This document shows positions 1-8,432 of a stretch of DNA of 48,090 nt, piece after piece. Each line of letters starts with the position of its first letter. The stretch's first letter is position 1. The notes beneath the pieces are model-generated. The model did not search any database, was not told the origin of the DNA, and worked only from the letters and a program-made list of their open reading frames with translations. The DNA comes from Bryobacteraceae bacterium (GTDB lineage Bacteria > Acidobacteriota > Terriglobia > Bryobacterales > Bryobacteraceae), in assembly GCA_035524535.1 (NCBI GenBank), contig DATKOS010000288.1, forward strand, positions 1-48,090. Reading direction: 5' to 3'. Made by a program: the position numbers and the translations under genes.

Positions 1-824
1 AGCCGCGTGTGCACCATGAAGTCCAGGCTGCGGAAGCTCTCGCCCGCCTCGTAGGTGCGGTGCACCAGATCCAGCATCTCCAGCGAGAAGTCGATCAGAA
101 ACGTATAGAAGAGATACTTCGCGATGGCGTCCACGCACGCCATGTCGATGGGCCGCTTCTTCATCTTCATCGTAATCATGTAGAGCAGGAGCACCCCGGC
201 GATGCCGGACGCCATCGCGGAAAACAAGAACACCACCGGCATCAGCGGCGTGGACCACCAGGGGTTCGCCTTCACCGAGCCGAAGATGAAGCCCACATAC
301 CCGTGCAGCAGGAACGCCGACGGAATGCCGATCACCGTCACCGCATATCCCACCTTGTCATCGATCCGCCGCGCCCCCTCGCTCACGTTCATCGAACCCA
401 GCGTGAGCGCCTTGTACGCCAGACCGCGCCATCCCGAGGAGGCCTGCGCCAGATGCACAATGTCAGTCCGGTACTCCAGCCAGATCTCCAACAGCAGAAC
501 CGCCATCAGGTACCACAGGTAGACGAACCCAAACATCGCCATCGCCGAAGAGCGATGCGGCGTCAGATACATTTCGATGGACCGCTCCGGATGCCCCAGG
601 TGCAGTTGCAGCGGCAGCGGCGCCACCAGCAGAAAGGCCAGCGCCGTCAGCAGCGCCAGACGGTAAGTGGGCCGCACGGCGTCTACCTTGAACACCCGCT
701 CCAGCGACGCTAGAATGAACGCGCCCGCCACCAGGCCGGTGATGTACGGGTAGAGCACAATCAGCAGACTCCATTGCAGCTCCACCTCGTTCGGATACAT
801 GAAGCCTTCCACGCCGGGTATCAT
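1..824 (-). CDS. NrfD/PsrC-family polytopic membrane (quinol-interacting) subunit; partial, 3' end runs off the window
   Basis: Absent from the ORF track because it has no in-window stop. My own minus-strand translation from ATG 824..822 reads MIPGVEGFMYPNEVELQWSLLIVLYPYITGLVAGAFILASLERVF...SLDFMVHTR. It stays open to position 1 and is strongly hydrophobic with multiple TM segments. It starts 9 nt after the stop of the NrfC-like gene. Confidence 0.75.
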   Translation of the reverse strand, partial: MIPGVEGFMYPNEVELQWSLLIVLYPYITGLVAGAFILASLERVFKVDAVRPTYRLALLTALAFLLVAPLPLQLHLGHPERSIEMYLTPHRSSAMAMFGFVYLWYLMAVLLLEIWLEYRTDIVHLAQASSGWRGLAYKALTLGSMNVSEGARRIDDKVGYAVTVIGIPSAFLLHGYVGFIFGSVKANPWWSTPLMPVVFLFSAMASGIAGVLLLYMITMKMKKRPIDMACVDAIAKYLFYTFLIDFSLEMLDLVHRTYEAGESFRSLDFMVHTR

Positions 825-833
825 CGCTCGCTC

Positions 834-1574
834 CTATCGCACGGACCCGTCTAGGTCCTTGTAGTAGACCTTCGCTCCGGTCGCCATGTATGGCTTGAGC
901 ACCTGCACCTTGTTGTGGCGCAAGAACTCGTGGATCGGGTCCTTGGGGTTCTTGAAGTCCACCAGTTGCCGTGCGCCGGTGGGACAGTTCTCGCAGCACG
1001 CCGTGGTCAGCCCCTGCGTGATGCGGTGGTAGCACAGCGTGCACTTGTCGGCCGTGTGCGTTTCCGGGTGCAGATAGCGGCATCCGTAGGGGCAGGCCTG
1101 GATGCAGTAGCGGCAGCCCAGGCAGTAGGTCTTATCCACCAGCACCACTCCGTCCGGGCTCACGAACGTCGCGCCCACCGGACACACCTGCACGCACGGC
1201 GAATCCGCGCAGTGGTTGCAAAGCTTCGGCACGAAGAAGCTCTTCAGCTCCGCGCTCGTGTCCGCGGGGAAACCGTTGATGTCGCCGTCCGGCGAATCCA
1301 CGTGCGGCTGCTGATCGTCGCCCACCTGATAGCGCTCCACCCAGGTGCGGAAGTACCCCTTGGGAACCTGATTCTCGTTGGAGCACGCCCGCACGCAATT
1401 GCCGCAGCCGATACACTTGTCGATGTCCACCAGCATGCCCCACCAGTGCTCGGCCTCGCGGTAAGTTTCGCTCGCCGGCGCCGCGCCGGTAATTTCCTCG
1501 AGCGTGGCCCCCACGGAGGCCAGGAGCAGCAACTTGCCGCCGGCCGCGAATAGATCTCGCCGGGTCATTTCCAT
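834..1574 (-). CDS. Tat-exported four-cluster 4Fe-4S ferredoxin subunit (NrfC/PsrB/HybA/DmsB family)
   Basis: Twin-arginine leader MEMTRRDLFAAGG. Four Cys clusters: CIGCGNCVRAC, CNHCADSPCVQVCP, CLGCRYCIQACP and CTLC...CCENCP. It lies 10 nt downstream of the cytochrome gene. Confidence 0.88.
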   Translation of the reverse strand: MEMTRRDLFAAGGKLLLLASVGATLEEITGAAPASETYREAEHWWGMLVDIDKCIGCGNCVRACSNENQVPKGYFRTWVERYQVGDDQQPHVDSPDGDINGFPADTSAELKSFFVPKLCNHCADSPCVQVCPVGATFVSPDGVVLVDKTYCLGCRYCIQACPYGCRYLHPETHTADKCTLCYHRITQGLTTACCENCPTGARQLVDFKNPKDPIHEFLRHNKVQVLKPYMATGAKVYYKDLDGSVR

Positions 1575-1584
1575 GATTCGCTCC

Positions 1585-2106
1585 TCATAAGTGCGGGTTG
1601 TGGGGTTTGTGGCATTCCGTGCACAGCGCGCCCCCGGAGTGCTCGGCGGTCGCTACCTGCGGGAACCAGGAAGGCTTGGCCGCGTCCTTTTCATGGCAGC
1701 GCCGGCACAGGTTGGCTACGTCCGGAAGCGCCGGCTTGTGCGCGGCCGGGTCGTCCGCGTTGGCATGCGCCGCTTGCGGCCCATGGCACGCTTCGCAGGA
1801 AACGTGCGCATGTTTGCCTGACGCGCGGGCCTCCGCCTCGTCGGCATGGCACATCACGCAGGCATCCTGCCCGGCATAGGAAATCGGGTGTTGGCGGATC
1901 GTCAGGAGCGCCGCGGCGTTGTAGTGGCCGTATTTGCCGAACGCCTTGGGGACCAGCGCGGAGCGGATCACCAGAAAAATGGCCAGTCCCGCCAGCAGAA
2001 CCACGGCGGGGCGGATCAGATGACCCGAGTCACGGAGAAACTGACGCAAAGGCTCCTCCTTGCTTTGGACAAAATGCTTGCCATGACCCAGCAAAATAGA
2101 TTCCAA
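1585..2106 (-). CDS. Membrane-anchored tetraheme c-type cytochrome
   Basis: Four CxxCH motifs (CVMCH, CEACH, CRRCH, CTECH) follow one N-terminal TM helix (IRPAVVLLAGLAIFLVIRSALV). The start in the track is a TTG, so the exact start is uncertain. Confidence 0.8.
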   Translation of the reverse strand: MESILLGHGKHFVQSKEEPLRQFLRDSGHLIRPAVVLLAGLAIFLVIRSALVPKAFGKYGHYNAAALLTIRQHPISYAGQDACVMCHADEAEARASGKHAHVSCEACHGPQAAHANADDPAAHKPALPDVANLCRRCHEKDAAKPSWFPQVATAEHSGGALCTECHKPHNPHL

Positions 2107-2151
2107 AAGGTCTTATTATCGAAAAACCCAACAAATCAGTAGGCTTTGTGG

Positions 2152-2160
2152 ATTTTATCA
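2152..2160 (-). promoter_or_regulatory. Candidate extended -10 box (TGaTAAAAT on the minus strand) for the cytochrome/NrfC/NrfD operon
   Basis: The reverse complement of attttatca gives TGATAAAAT in an AT-rich patch about 45 nt upstream of the start at 2106. Confidence 0.3.
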
Positions 2161-2397
2161 ACAGTCAAAATAGAGTGGATTGCCCAAATACGCACCCAAA
2201 GTGGGTTAAATCACCGCGCCACGGGGGGCTCGGTTGGCAGGACGCGTGCATCGAATCGCCCGTCGTCCTCGGGCGTCCACCTAACTCTCATGTCATCAGG
2301 GCCTTCGCCATCCGGTTTCGAATGGGAGCGTGCCGCTGGCTCACACCGGTGTGGCCCCCCTGCGCCACTCAAGTTGCGTGGCTGGTTCGTCCGCACT

Positions 2398-2406
2398 TGC
2401 TATAAT
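2398..2406 (+). promoter_or_regulatory. Candidate extended -10 box TGcTATAAT for the NHL-repeat gene
   Basis: Perfect TATAAT at 2401-2406, preceded by TGc, 45 nt upstream of ATG 2451. Confidence 0.35.
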
Positions 2407-2450
2407 TGGGGTTCATTTTGTTCCTAGGTACGTCATTTTCCATTTTCCGC

Positions 2451-5351
2451 ATGAAGGGTCTTTGCGTTTTTCTGCTGGTGGCGGCGGGCGCCGCCGCCCA
2501 AACGTTCGCCAATGGACAGGCAGCCCGGCTGGTAATCGGCCAGAGCACCTTTACCGACCAGAATCCGAACTCGAGCGACACCGTGCTGGGCGCCGCGAGC
2601 GGCATTGCCTACGCCGCGGACACCCTATTTGTCGCCGACTCCAACCGGATGCAGGCCACGCCTTCCAACAACCGCGTGGTGTTGTACCAGAATCTCTCCA
2701 GCCAGCTTCCTCTCCCCACCGACGAGCTCTCCTACACCACCAATTGCCCGGTCTGCGTGGGCAAGGCAACAGTGGTTTTAGGCCAGCCCAACTTCACTGC
2801 CAGCAACTTGAATTACGGCAGCACCTCGAACGACCTGCGCACGCCCACCGCGATCGCGTCCGATGGCGTCCATCTGGTGGTGGCGGACACCGATCATAAC
2901 CGCGTATTGATTTGGAACCACATTCCGGCCACCAACAACACGCCCGCCGACGTGGTGATCGGCCAGCCGAACTTCACTGCCGATATCGTTCCGGCCAATA
3001 ACGTTCCCTCGGCATCATCCCTGCTGGGCCCGCAAGGCGTGTGGATTCAGAACGGTAAGCTATGGGTGGCCGACACGCAGAACAACCGCGTCCTCGGCTG
3101 GAATCAAATCCCCACCAAGAACGGCCAGGCTGCCGACATCGTTCTCGGGCAGCCCAACTTCACCACCTACGTACAAATCGATATCACGCAGCAAACCTAC
3201 TCCGCCACGGCGCAGAACATGCTCAACCCCGTGGCTGTGACCTCCGACGGCCAGCGCCTCTTCGTCGCGGACCTCGCCAACAACCGCGTCCTGATCTGGA
3301 ACGCCATTCCGACCGCTAACGACGCTCCCGCCGACGTCGCCCTGGGCCAGCCCAGCCTGAACACTTCCCTGCCGAACAACGCCTATAGCGTCGATCTCAC
3401 CAGTTCAGCCTGCGAGGCGACTCCCATCCAGCCCGCCTGCATGGAAGTCCCCGTGCTCTGCCCCACCGCCGACGGCGTGGATGTAAACAACAATCCCGTC
3501 TACCCGAACGTCTGCAACGCAACTCTAAACTTTCCCCGGTTCGTTCTGGCCGCCGGCAACCGCCTCTTCGTGGCGGATGGCGGCAACGACCGCGTGCTGG
3601 TCTACGAACACATACCTACCAGCAGCGGCGCCATGGCGGACGAGGTGTTAGGCCAAATCGGCCAGGTGCTGGAAGTGGGCCCAGGAGAAGTCGGGCCGCA
3701 GACCGTCAATCAGGCCACCACCGCCGCCGATTCCATGACTTGCCCAACCTCTCTCGCCTGGGACGGCGCAAACCTCTATGTGGCCGATCCATTCAACCGG
3801 CGCATCACGGTTTACACCATCGAGCCCAATGCGCTTCCCTACCAGGGCGTGCGCAACGGCGCGTCGTACACCATCAACGCCAGCGGTTGGGTCGCCTTCA
3901 CCGGCGCCATACGCGCCGCGGATACCGTAACTCTCACCATCTCGCTCGACAACGCGGGCACCACCACCACCAATACCTATACCTACACCATCCAATCGAA
4001 CGATACCCTGGATTCGGTAATCAACAACTTCATGGCGCAGATCAACAACGCCAATAACGGAGCCGGGGATGCATTTGTAACCGCAGCCCCGGACTACGTG
4101 GATTTGTATCTTCTGCTCTACGCGAGGTCCCCGGGCCCCAACGGCAATGATGTGGCCTATTCGGTGACTACCTCCAGCGCCGCGCTGATCGCCGCGCAAA
4201 CCGAAAGCACCTATCTGCAGTACGGCGGCGATGCCTCCCAGATCGCTCCCGGTACGCTGGTATCGATTTTCCCCAATCCGGGCATGTCGCTTTCCTACGC
4301 GACGGCGTCGGCGGACACCAGCCAGAGTCAATTGCCTACGCAGATGGCCGGCGTGGAAGTCTATCTGAACGGTATTCGCGCCCCTCTGCTTTATGTTTCG
4401 CCCACGCAGATTAACGCCCAGGTTCCATGGGAGCTTTCCGATACCACCAGCGTGAACGTCTACGTGCGCACCGTGGCTAGCGACGGAACCGTCACCGTAA
4501 CCGCGCCCGTAGCCATGACTGTTGTCCCCGCCGCTCCCGGGATCTTCACGTATTTGAATGGCGCGAACCCCGCGCAGGCCATCATGCTTCACGGGTCGGA
4601 CTACGCCACCGGCGTTGTTTCCGTGGATGGCGGCGCCAACGCCGGTGACTACGGAACCATCACCATCAATGGCCGCAACTACAGCTACACGGTGCAGAGT
4701 ACCGATACCCTGGCTACCGTCCGTGACGCATTCGTCTCGCTGATCAACGCCAGCGATCCGGAAGTCACCGCCATCGCCACCAAGGAGTTCACGCGCATCA
4801 TCTTGCAGGCCAAGGTTCAGGGTCCGGATGGCGAAGGCATTTCTTACGGCGTCAACACCTTGCCGGCCCCAACGGTGACCGGTGGCGAACTGGTGCTCAC
4901 GGCCTTCACCAACAACCTGTGCTGCTCCAATATCGCCGGAACGTTCGTCACCCAGGCCAATCCCGCGCAGGGTGGCGAGTTTGTCTTGATCTACGCCACG
5001 GGCATCGGCCTGCCCATTGTCAGTCCGGCCACTGCGAGCGTGTTCCAGACCGGCGTAAAGTTCCCGGCCGGCACGCCCATCACCGCTCCCGCGCAAGCCG
5101 TGGCAGCCGCCACGCAAGGGCTCACCGCGCAGGTGCTTCAGGTTTCCGCTATCCCGGGGACCTTCGGGCTGTATCAGGTGCTGATGCAACTGCAGACCGA
5201 CCTGAATACCAACCCGGCCTCACGCCTGACCATCAACCAGAACGCGTTGTTGAGCAACCTGACGGTCTTCCCGGTGGTCAACCCGCTTCAGGCTTTAGTC
5301 CAGCCGAGTGCGGAGAAGAAGCCTTCGCCAGGTCAGCGGTCCGGCAAGTAA
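2451..5351 (+). CDS. Secreted NHL-repeat beta-propeller protein with Solibacter-type (TIGR03437-like) C-terminal domains
   Basis: Signal peptide MKGLCVFLLVAAGAAAQ from the internal ATG at 2451; the track's TTG at 2406 is less likely. About six blades repeat NNRVL(I/G)WN...AD(V/I)V(I/L)GQPNFT. The C-terminal segment GVEVYLNGIRAPLLYVSPTQINAQVPWEL is the signature I associate with TIGR03437. Confidence 0.8.
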   Translation: MKGLCVFLLVAAGAAAQTFANGQAARLVIGQSTFTDQNPNSSDTVLGAASGIAYAADTLFVADSNRMQATPSNNRVVLYQNLSSQLPLPTDELSYTTNCPVCVGKATVVLGQPNFTASNLNYGSTSNDLRTPTAIASDGVHLVVADTDHNRVLIWNHIPATNNTPADVVIGQPNFTADIVPANNVPSASSLLGPQGVWIQNGKLWVADTQNNRVLGWNQIPTKNGQAADIVLGQPNFTTYVQIDITQQTYSATAQNMLNPVAVTSDGQRLFVADLANNRVLIWNAIPTANDAPADVALGQPSLNTSLPNNAYSVDLTSSACEATPIQPACMEVPVLCPTADGVDVNNNPVYPNVCNATLNFPRFVLAAGNRLFVADGGNDRVLVYEHIPTSSGAMADEVLGQIGQVLEVGPGEVGPQTVNQATTAADSMTCPTSLAWDGANLYVADPFNRRITVYTIEPNALPYQGVRNGASYTINASGWVAFTGAIRAADTVTLTISLDNAGTTTTNTYTYTIQSNDTLDSVINNFMAQINNANNGAGDAFVTAAPDYVDLYLLLYARSPGPNGNDVAYSVTTSSAALIAAQTESTYLQYGGDASQIAPGTLVSIFPNPGMSLSYATASADTSQSQLPTQMAGVEVYLNGIRAPLLYVSPTQINAQVPWELSDTTSVNVYVRTVASDGTVTVTAPVAMTVVPAAPGIFTYLNGANPAQAIMLHGSDYATGVVSVDGGANAGDYGTITINGRNYSYTVQSTDTLATVRDAFVSLINASDPEVTAIATKEFTRIILQAKVQGPDGEGISYGVNTLPAPTVTGGELVLTAFTNNLCCSNIAGTFVTQANPAQGGEFVLIYATGIGLPIVSPATASVFQTGVKFPAGTPITAPAQAVAAATQGLTAQVLQVSAIPGTFGLYQVLMQLQTDLNTNPASRLTINQNALLSNLTVFPVVNPLQALVQPSAEKKPSPGQRSGK

Positions 5352-5382
5352 CGCCGGCGCCAAACTCGCGCCGCATCGCGCA

Positions 5383-5985
5383 TCACCGCGAGTAGATTCG
5401 GTTCACGCTTTCCCAGATTGCGGCCGGAGTCATGTGCCGCCAGGGTTCGCCCGCCACAACCCTTCGCCGGATTTCGGTAGCCGAGAAGGCGTCGAACTCC
5501 TCGGGCATCTCCAACGCCTGGACCCGATCCGTCACACGAGATTGCGGCTCGAAACTCCCGCCGCGGGCCGCCACCAGCAAGTCAAAACCGCGCGACAACT
5601 GGGCAAAGCCGTCCGGCTGTCCGTAATCCCAATTCACCACACGCTCGGCCGCGTCCCGGCCGCACAGGAAGGAAAGGCGCACGCCGGAGCCATAATCGGC
5701 CGCGCACTCTTCCGCGATTTCCGCAAACAGGCCGCCCCGGCTGGACGCTAAAGAGAGCCTGGGCGCGTTTCCCATGGCTTCCGCCAGCATCGCCATCCGC
5801 TCGTCAAACGTAGCCCCCGCGTACGCCTTGTGCGGGAACTCGCGCGGCAGCACAAACACAACTTCATCCGCCACTCCCAGCGCGGCCGTGGCCAGCGCCA
5901 TGTGAGCCGCCGTAACCGGGTTGAACGTGCCGGGGAAAACCGCCAGACGCCTCGGCGAACCGCCGGCCCGCCGAACAAACTCCAT
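5383..5985 (-). CDS. Cytidylyltransferase-superfamily nucleotidyltransferase (NadD/NMNAT-like)
   Basis: N-terminal LAVFPGTFNPVTAAHMAL matches the (T/H)xGH nucleotidyltransferase motif. The ~200-aa size fits nicotinate/nicotinamide-nucleotide adenylyltransferases. Confidence 0.6.
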   Translation of the reverse strand: MEFVRRAGGSPRRLAVFPGTFNPVTAAHMALATAALGVADEVVFVLPREFPHKAYAGATFDERMAMLAEAMGNAPRLSLASSRGGLFAEIAEECAADYGSGVRLSFLCGRDAAERVVNWDYGQPDGFAQLSRGFDLLVAARGGSFEPQSRVTDRVQALEMPEEFDAFSATEIRRRVVAGEPWRHMTPAAIWESVNRIYSR

Positions 5986-6089
5986 AAGCTCAGCTTCCCA
6001 CAGCCCGCTCGGCGGCGCCCGTGTTTCCAGGGTTCACGCGAAGACAGCAAGGGCGCGAGATTTCTCCCGCGCCCTCGGTCCAGCCGGTA

Positions 6090-6476
6090 TTAGGCTGCGT
6101 TCAGGAGTTCCTCTAGCGAATCGCTGCCATCTGCCTCGAACTCGTGACGGTCGGCGGCCTCCTGGCAGCGGATGCAATACTTCGTCCACGGCACTGCGTC
6201 CAACCGCTTCGGCTTGATGTCTTCCTCGCAGTGCATGCAGACGCCGTAGCTGCCATCGGCGACTCGGGCCAGCGCGCCTCTCACATCGTGAAGCAGGTTC
6301 GACCCGCGGTCGAGGTTGCGGATCGCAAGTTCACGCTCCCCCGCAAGCTGTACCTCATCCAGGGCATCCGGTGTTTTTTCGATAGCGATGTCTTCCCGGT
6401 TTCGGAGTCCGGCGGACAACTCGTTCCGCTTCGCCTCCAGCATCGCCTTGTATTTCTCTAAGTCGGTTCTGTTCAT
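6090..6476 (-). CDS. DksA/TraR-family C4 zinc-finger transcription factor
   Basis: 128 aa with a coiled-coil N-terminal part and an acidic tip (PDALDEV). The C4 finger is CMHCEEDIKPKRLDAVPWTKYCIRCQ. Confidence 0.85.
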   Translation of the reverse strand: MNRTDLEKYKAMLEAKRNELSAGLRNREDIAIEKTPDALDEVQLAGERELAIRNLDRGSNLLHDVRGALARVADGSYGVCMHCEEDIKPKRLDAVPWTKYCIRCQEAADRHEFEADGSDSLEELLNAA

Positions 6477-6939
6477 TTTGGTCCACCCCCTCCGGCGCTA
6501 CGGCCGGTTCATTCCTTTTTCAAGGCTTCTATTTCAACCTCCGCAAGACTATAGACGACTAAGCTGAGAGCAAAAGTTTCAGCTCGCAACCCATCTAGTC
6601 GAAAGAGCTACCGCAATCGATTGGCTCTCTCTCTGGCGCTCGCTTGCACTTTCGGAGCAATTCTGGCGCCAGAATAAATACTACCACTTTCGGCAACCCC
6701 TCTTCACGGTGGTGCCCGAATGATGCCTTACCCAAGCTTCCATCGCTCCCCCCTCTTATCGGCGGAAACAGGAATTTTTCCTAGGTTCTTGATCTCCGAA
6801 CCACCTATATATAGACGTTGGAGCCGCCCTTCCGTGGCAATTACAGCCTCGCTACCGACTCAAATCTACCAGACCATCGTGCGGCGCAGCCCGTTTCTAG
6901 CCACCATCGAAGCCTCAAGGAAAATGCAAAGGCTTTTAT

Positions 6940-6967
6940 TTGCAATAGTTTGAAATGATGCTAAATT
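6940..6967 (+). promoter_or_regulatory. Weak sigma70-like candidate (TTGCAA-16 nt-TAAATT) inside the long low-GC intergenic region
   Basis: ttgcaa at 6940-6945 and taaatt at 6962-6967. An imperfect palindrome, tcacgatcattgtga, lies immediately downstream. Confidence 0.2.
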
Positions 6968-7342
6968 AATCACGATCATTGTGACCGGCCCCCGCGGCCG
7001 AGCTCCGGGCAACCCGGCCCGAAGCGCTTCCGGCGCGCCGCCCCGTCCACCGGTCTGGAAAAAGCACCCGGCGGCCCACGAGCGCCGGATCGCGCCACAA
7101 ACTCACAAACCGCACGCCGCACGATGCCGCTCACCAGTGGTTTTCCCGATCCTGTGTGGGCAATTCCACCACCCCGAAGACGCACTCGGGTTAAGAAACT
7201 CACGCGTACCCTCTTCCTGAAGGCGCGATAATGGCTAGAGCAGCCGCAAGCCTGCTTTGGCTTCCACGTTTTTCGGGTTCTCTCGTCATCTTCTATAGAG
7301 ATAGGAACCTGAGGAACCTTGGAAACTGCCGTCTGCTGGCGC

Positions 7343-7867
7343 ATGAGTGACCTGACCGAGCCCGGCCTGGAGTTGCTGGAGCAGCAGAACCGCTTCATCT
7401 CGGACAACCTGCGCCGCATTTTCATCCAGATCTACCGGATTGTCGGCAGCGTCGCGGACGCGCAAGACCTTACTCAGGAAGCCTTTATCAAGGCGCTCCA
7501 GCGCCAGGATCAGGTTAAGGACGAGCAGAAAGCGGCGCACTGGCTCTCGCGCATCGCCACCAACACGGCCATCGACTTCCTGCGCCGCAGTGGGCGTGCC
7601 ACGTTTTGCGATCTGGATGAGGCGCCCATGAGCCACACGGAGAGCCCGGAGCAGATTTTGCTGCGGTCCGAGCACCGCGATTATTTGGAGGACGGACTGC
7701 GGCTCCTTTCGCCCCGCGAACGGGCCGCCCTGATGTTGCGCGACGTGGAGGGCTTGCCGGCCGACGAGGTGGCCAAGCGCCTGAATTGCTCCAAGGCGAC
7801 CGTGCGTTCGCACATCGCCAACGCGCGCATCAAGTTCCGAAGGTACGTGGAGAACAGGAAGCGGTAG
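7343..7867 (+). CDS. ECF-type RNA polymerase sigma factor (sigma-70 family, group 4)
   Basis: Region 2 reads DAQDLTQEAFIKAL...HWLSRIATNTAIDFLR. Region 4 reads LSPRERAALMLRDVEGLPADEVAKRLNCSKATVRSHIANARIKFRRY. ATG 7343 is preferred over the TTG at 7319. Confidence 0.85.
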   Translation: MSDLTEPGLELLEQQNRFISDNLRRIFIQIYRIVGSVADAQDLTQEAFIKALQRQDQVKDEQKAAHWLSRIATNTAIDFLRRSGRATFCDLDEAPMSHTESPEQILLRSEHRDYLEDGLRLLSPRERAALMLRDVEGLPADEVAKRLNCSKATVRSHIANARIKFRRYVENRKR

Positions 7868-7871
7868 GACG

Positions 7872-8432
7872 ATGAGACATCCAAACCGAGCGACATTGGC
7901 GCTGCACGCCGGGGGCGACCTCGGCGCGTGGGCAAACTGGCGAACCGATCGCCACGTGGCCCGCTGCGCCGAATGCCGCCAGGAAATCGCCGCGTTCCGG
8001 GCGGCGCGCCGCGAACTCCCGGATGCCGCCGAAATACCCGGCGTTGCCTGGAATCGCCTGGCCGCGCAAATGAAAGCCAACATCCGCCTGGGCCTTACGC
8101 TCGGCGAACTGGAAGAGCCCGCCCCGCGCGAAGCCGGACCGTCGGCTTGGGCCCGCCCCGCCGCGGTTTTCGCCGGCCTCGCAACGCTGCTTGCGGCCGG
8201 GTTTATCCTGCAACACAACGGACCTCACCCGATCCGCGCCTCCCAGGACGTGGAAGTGGAAACCACGGCCAACGGGATTCAGGTCCGCCAGGGCGCCGGA
8301 GCGCTGGGATTGCTGCATCGCGGCGCTTCGGACATCGACGTCAATTACACGCCGGGCGCGCAAGGCGCCATGTCCGCCCAAAACGTGGATGACACGGGAC
8401 ATGTGACGGTGACGAATGTCTATGCGAACTAG
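7872..8432 (+). CDS. Membrane-spanning anti-sigma factor with a ZAS (HxxxCxxC) motif
   Basis: It starts 4 nt after the sigma gene stop. HVARCAEC matches H-x3-C-x2-C. There is one TM helix (AAVFAGLATLLAAGFIL). Confidence 0.7.
   Translation: MRHPNRATLALHAGGDLGAWANWRTDRHVARCAECRQEIAAFRAARRELPDAAEIPGVAWNRLAAQMKANIRLGLTLGELEEPAPREAGPSAWARPAAVFAGLATLLAAGFILQHNGPHPIRASQDVEVETTANGIQVRQGAGALGLLHRGASDIDVNYTPGAQGAMSAQNVDDTGHVTVTNVYAN

Noticed and set aside
9-713. 234-aa plus-strand ORF (and 202..522, 463..1083) at the left edge
   Set aside because: It is His/Arg/Gln-rich nonsense composition lying antisense to a clean, hydrophobic NrfD-type reading frame on the minus strand. This is a typical high-GC shadow ORF.
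3648-5189. 513-aa minus-strand ORF inside the NHL-repeat gene
   Set aside because: It is antisense to a gene with clear repeat and family signatures. Its Gly/Arg/Asp-rich composition carries no motifs.
7304-7334. GGAAC ... CGTC as an autoregulated ECF promoter
   Set aside because: The spacer lengths from the two GGAACC units to CGTC are 21 and 12 nt, not the 16-17 nt expected. I kept it only as an observation.
6720-7425. ORFs 6720..6953 (+), 6976..7425 (-) and 6981..7220 (+) in the long intergenic region
   Set aside because: They have no SD or start context, odd composition and no family resemblance. I treat the region as non-coding (see the finding for 6477-7342) rather than inventing genes.
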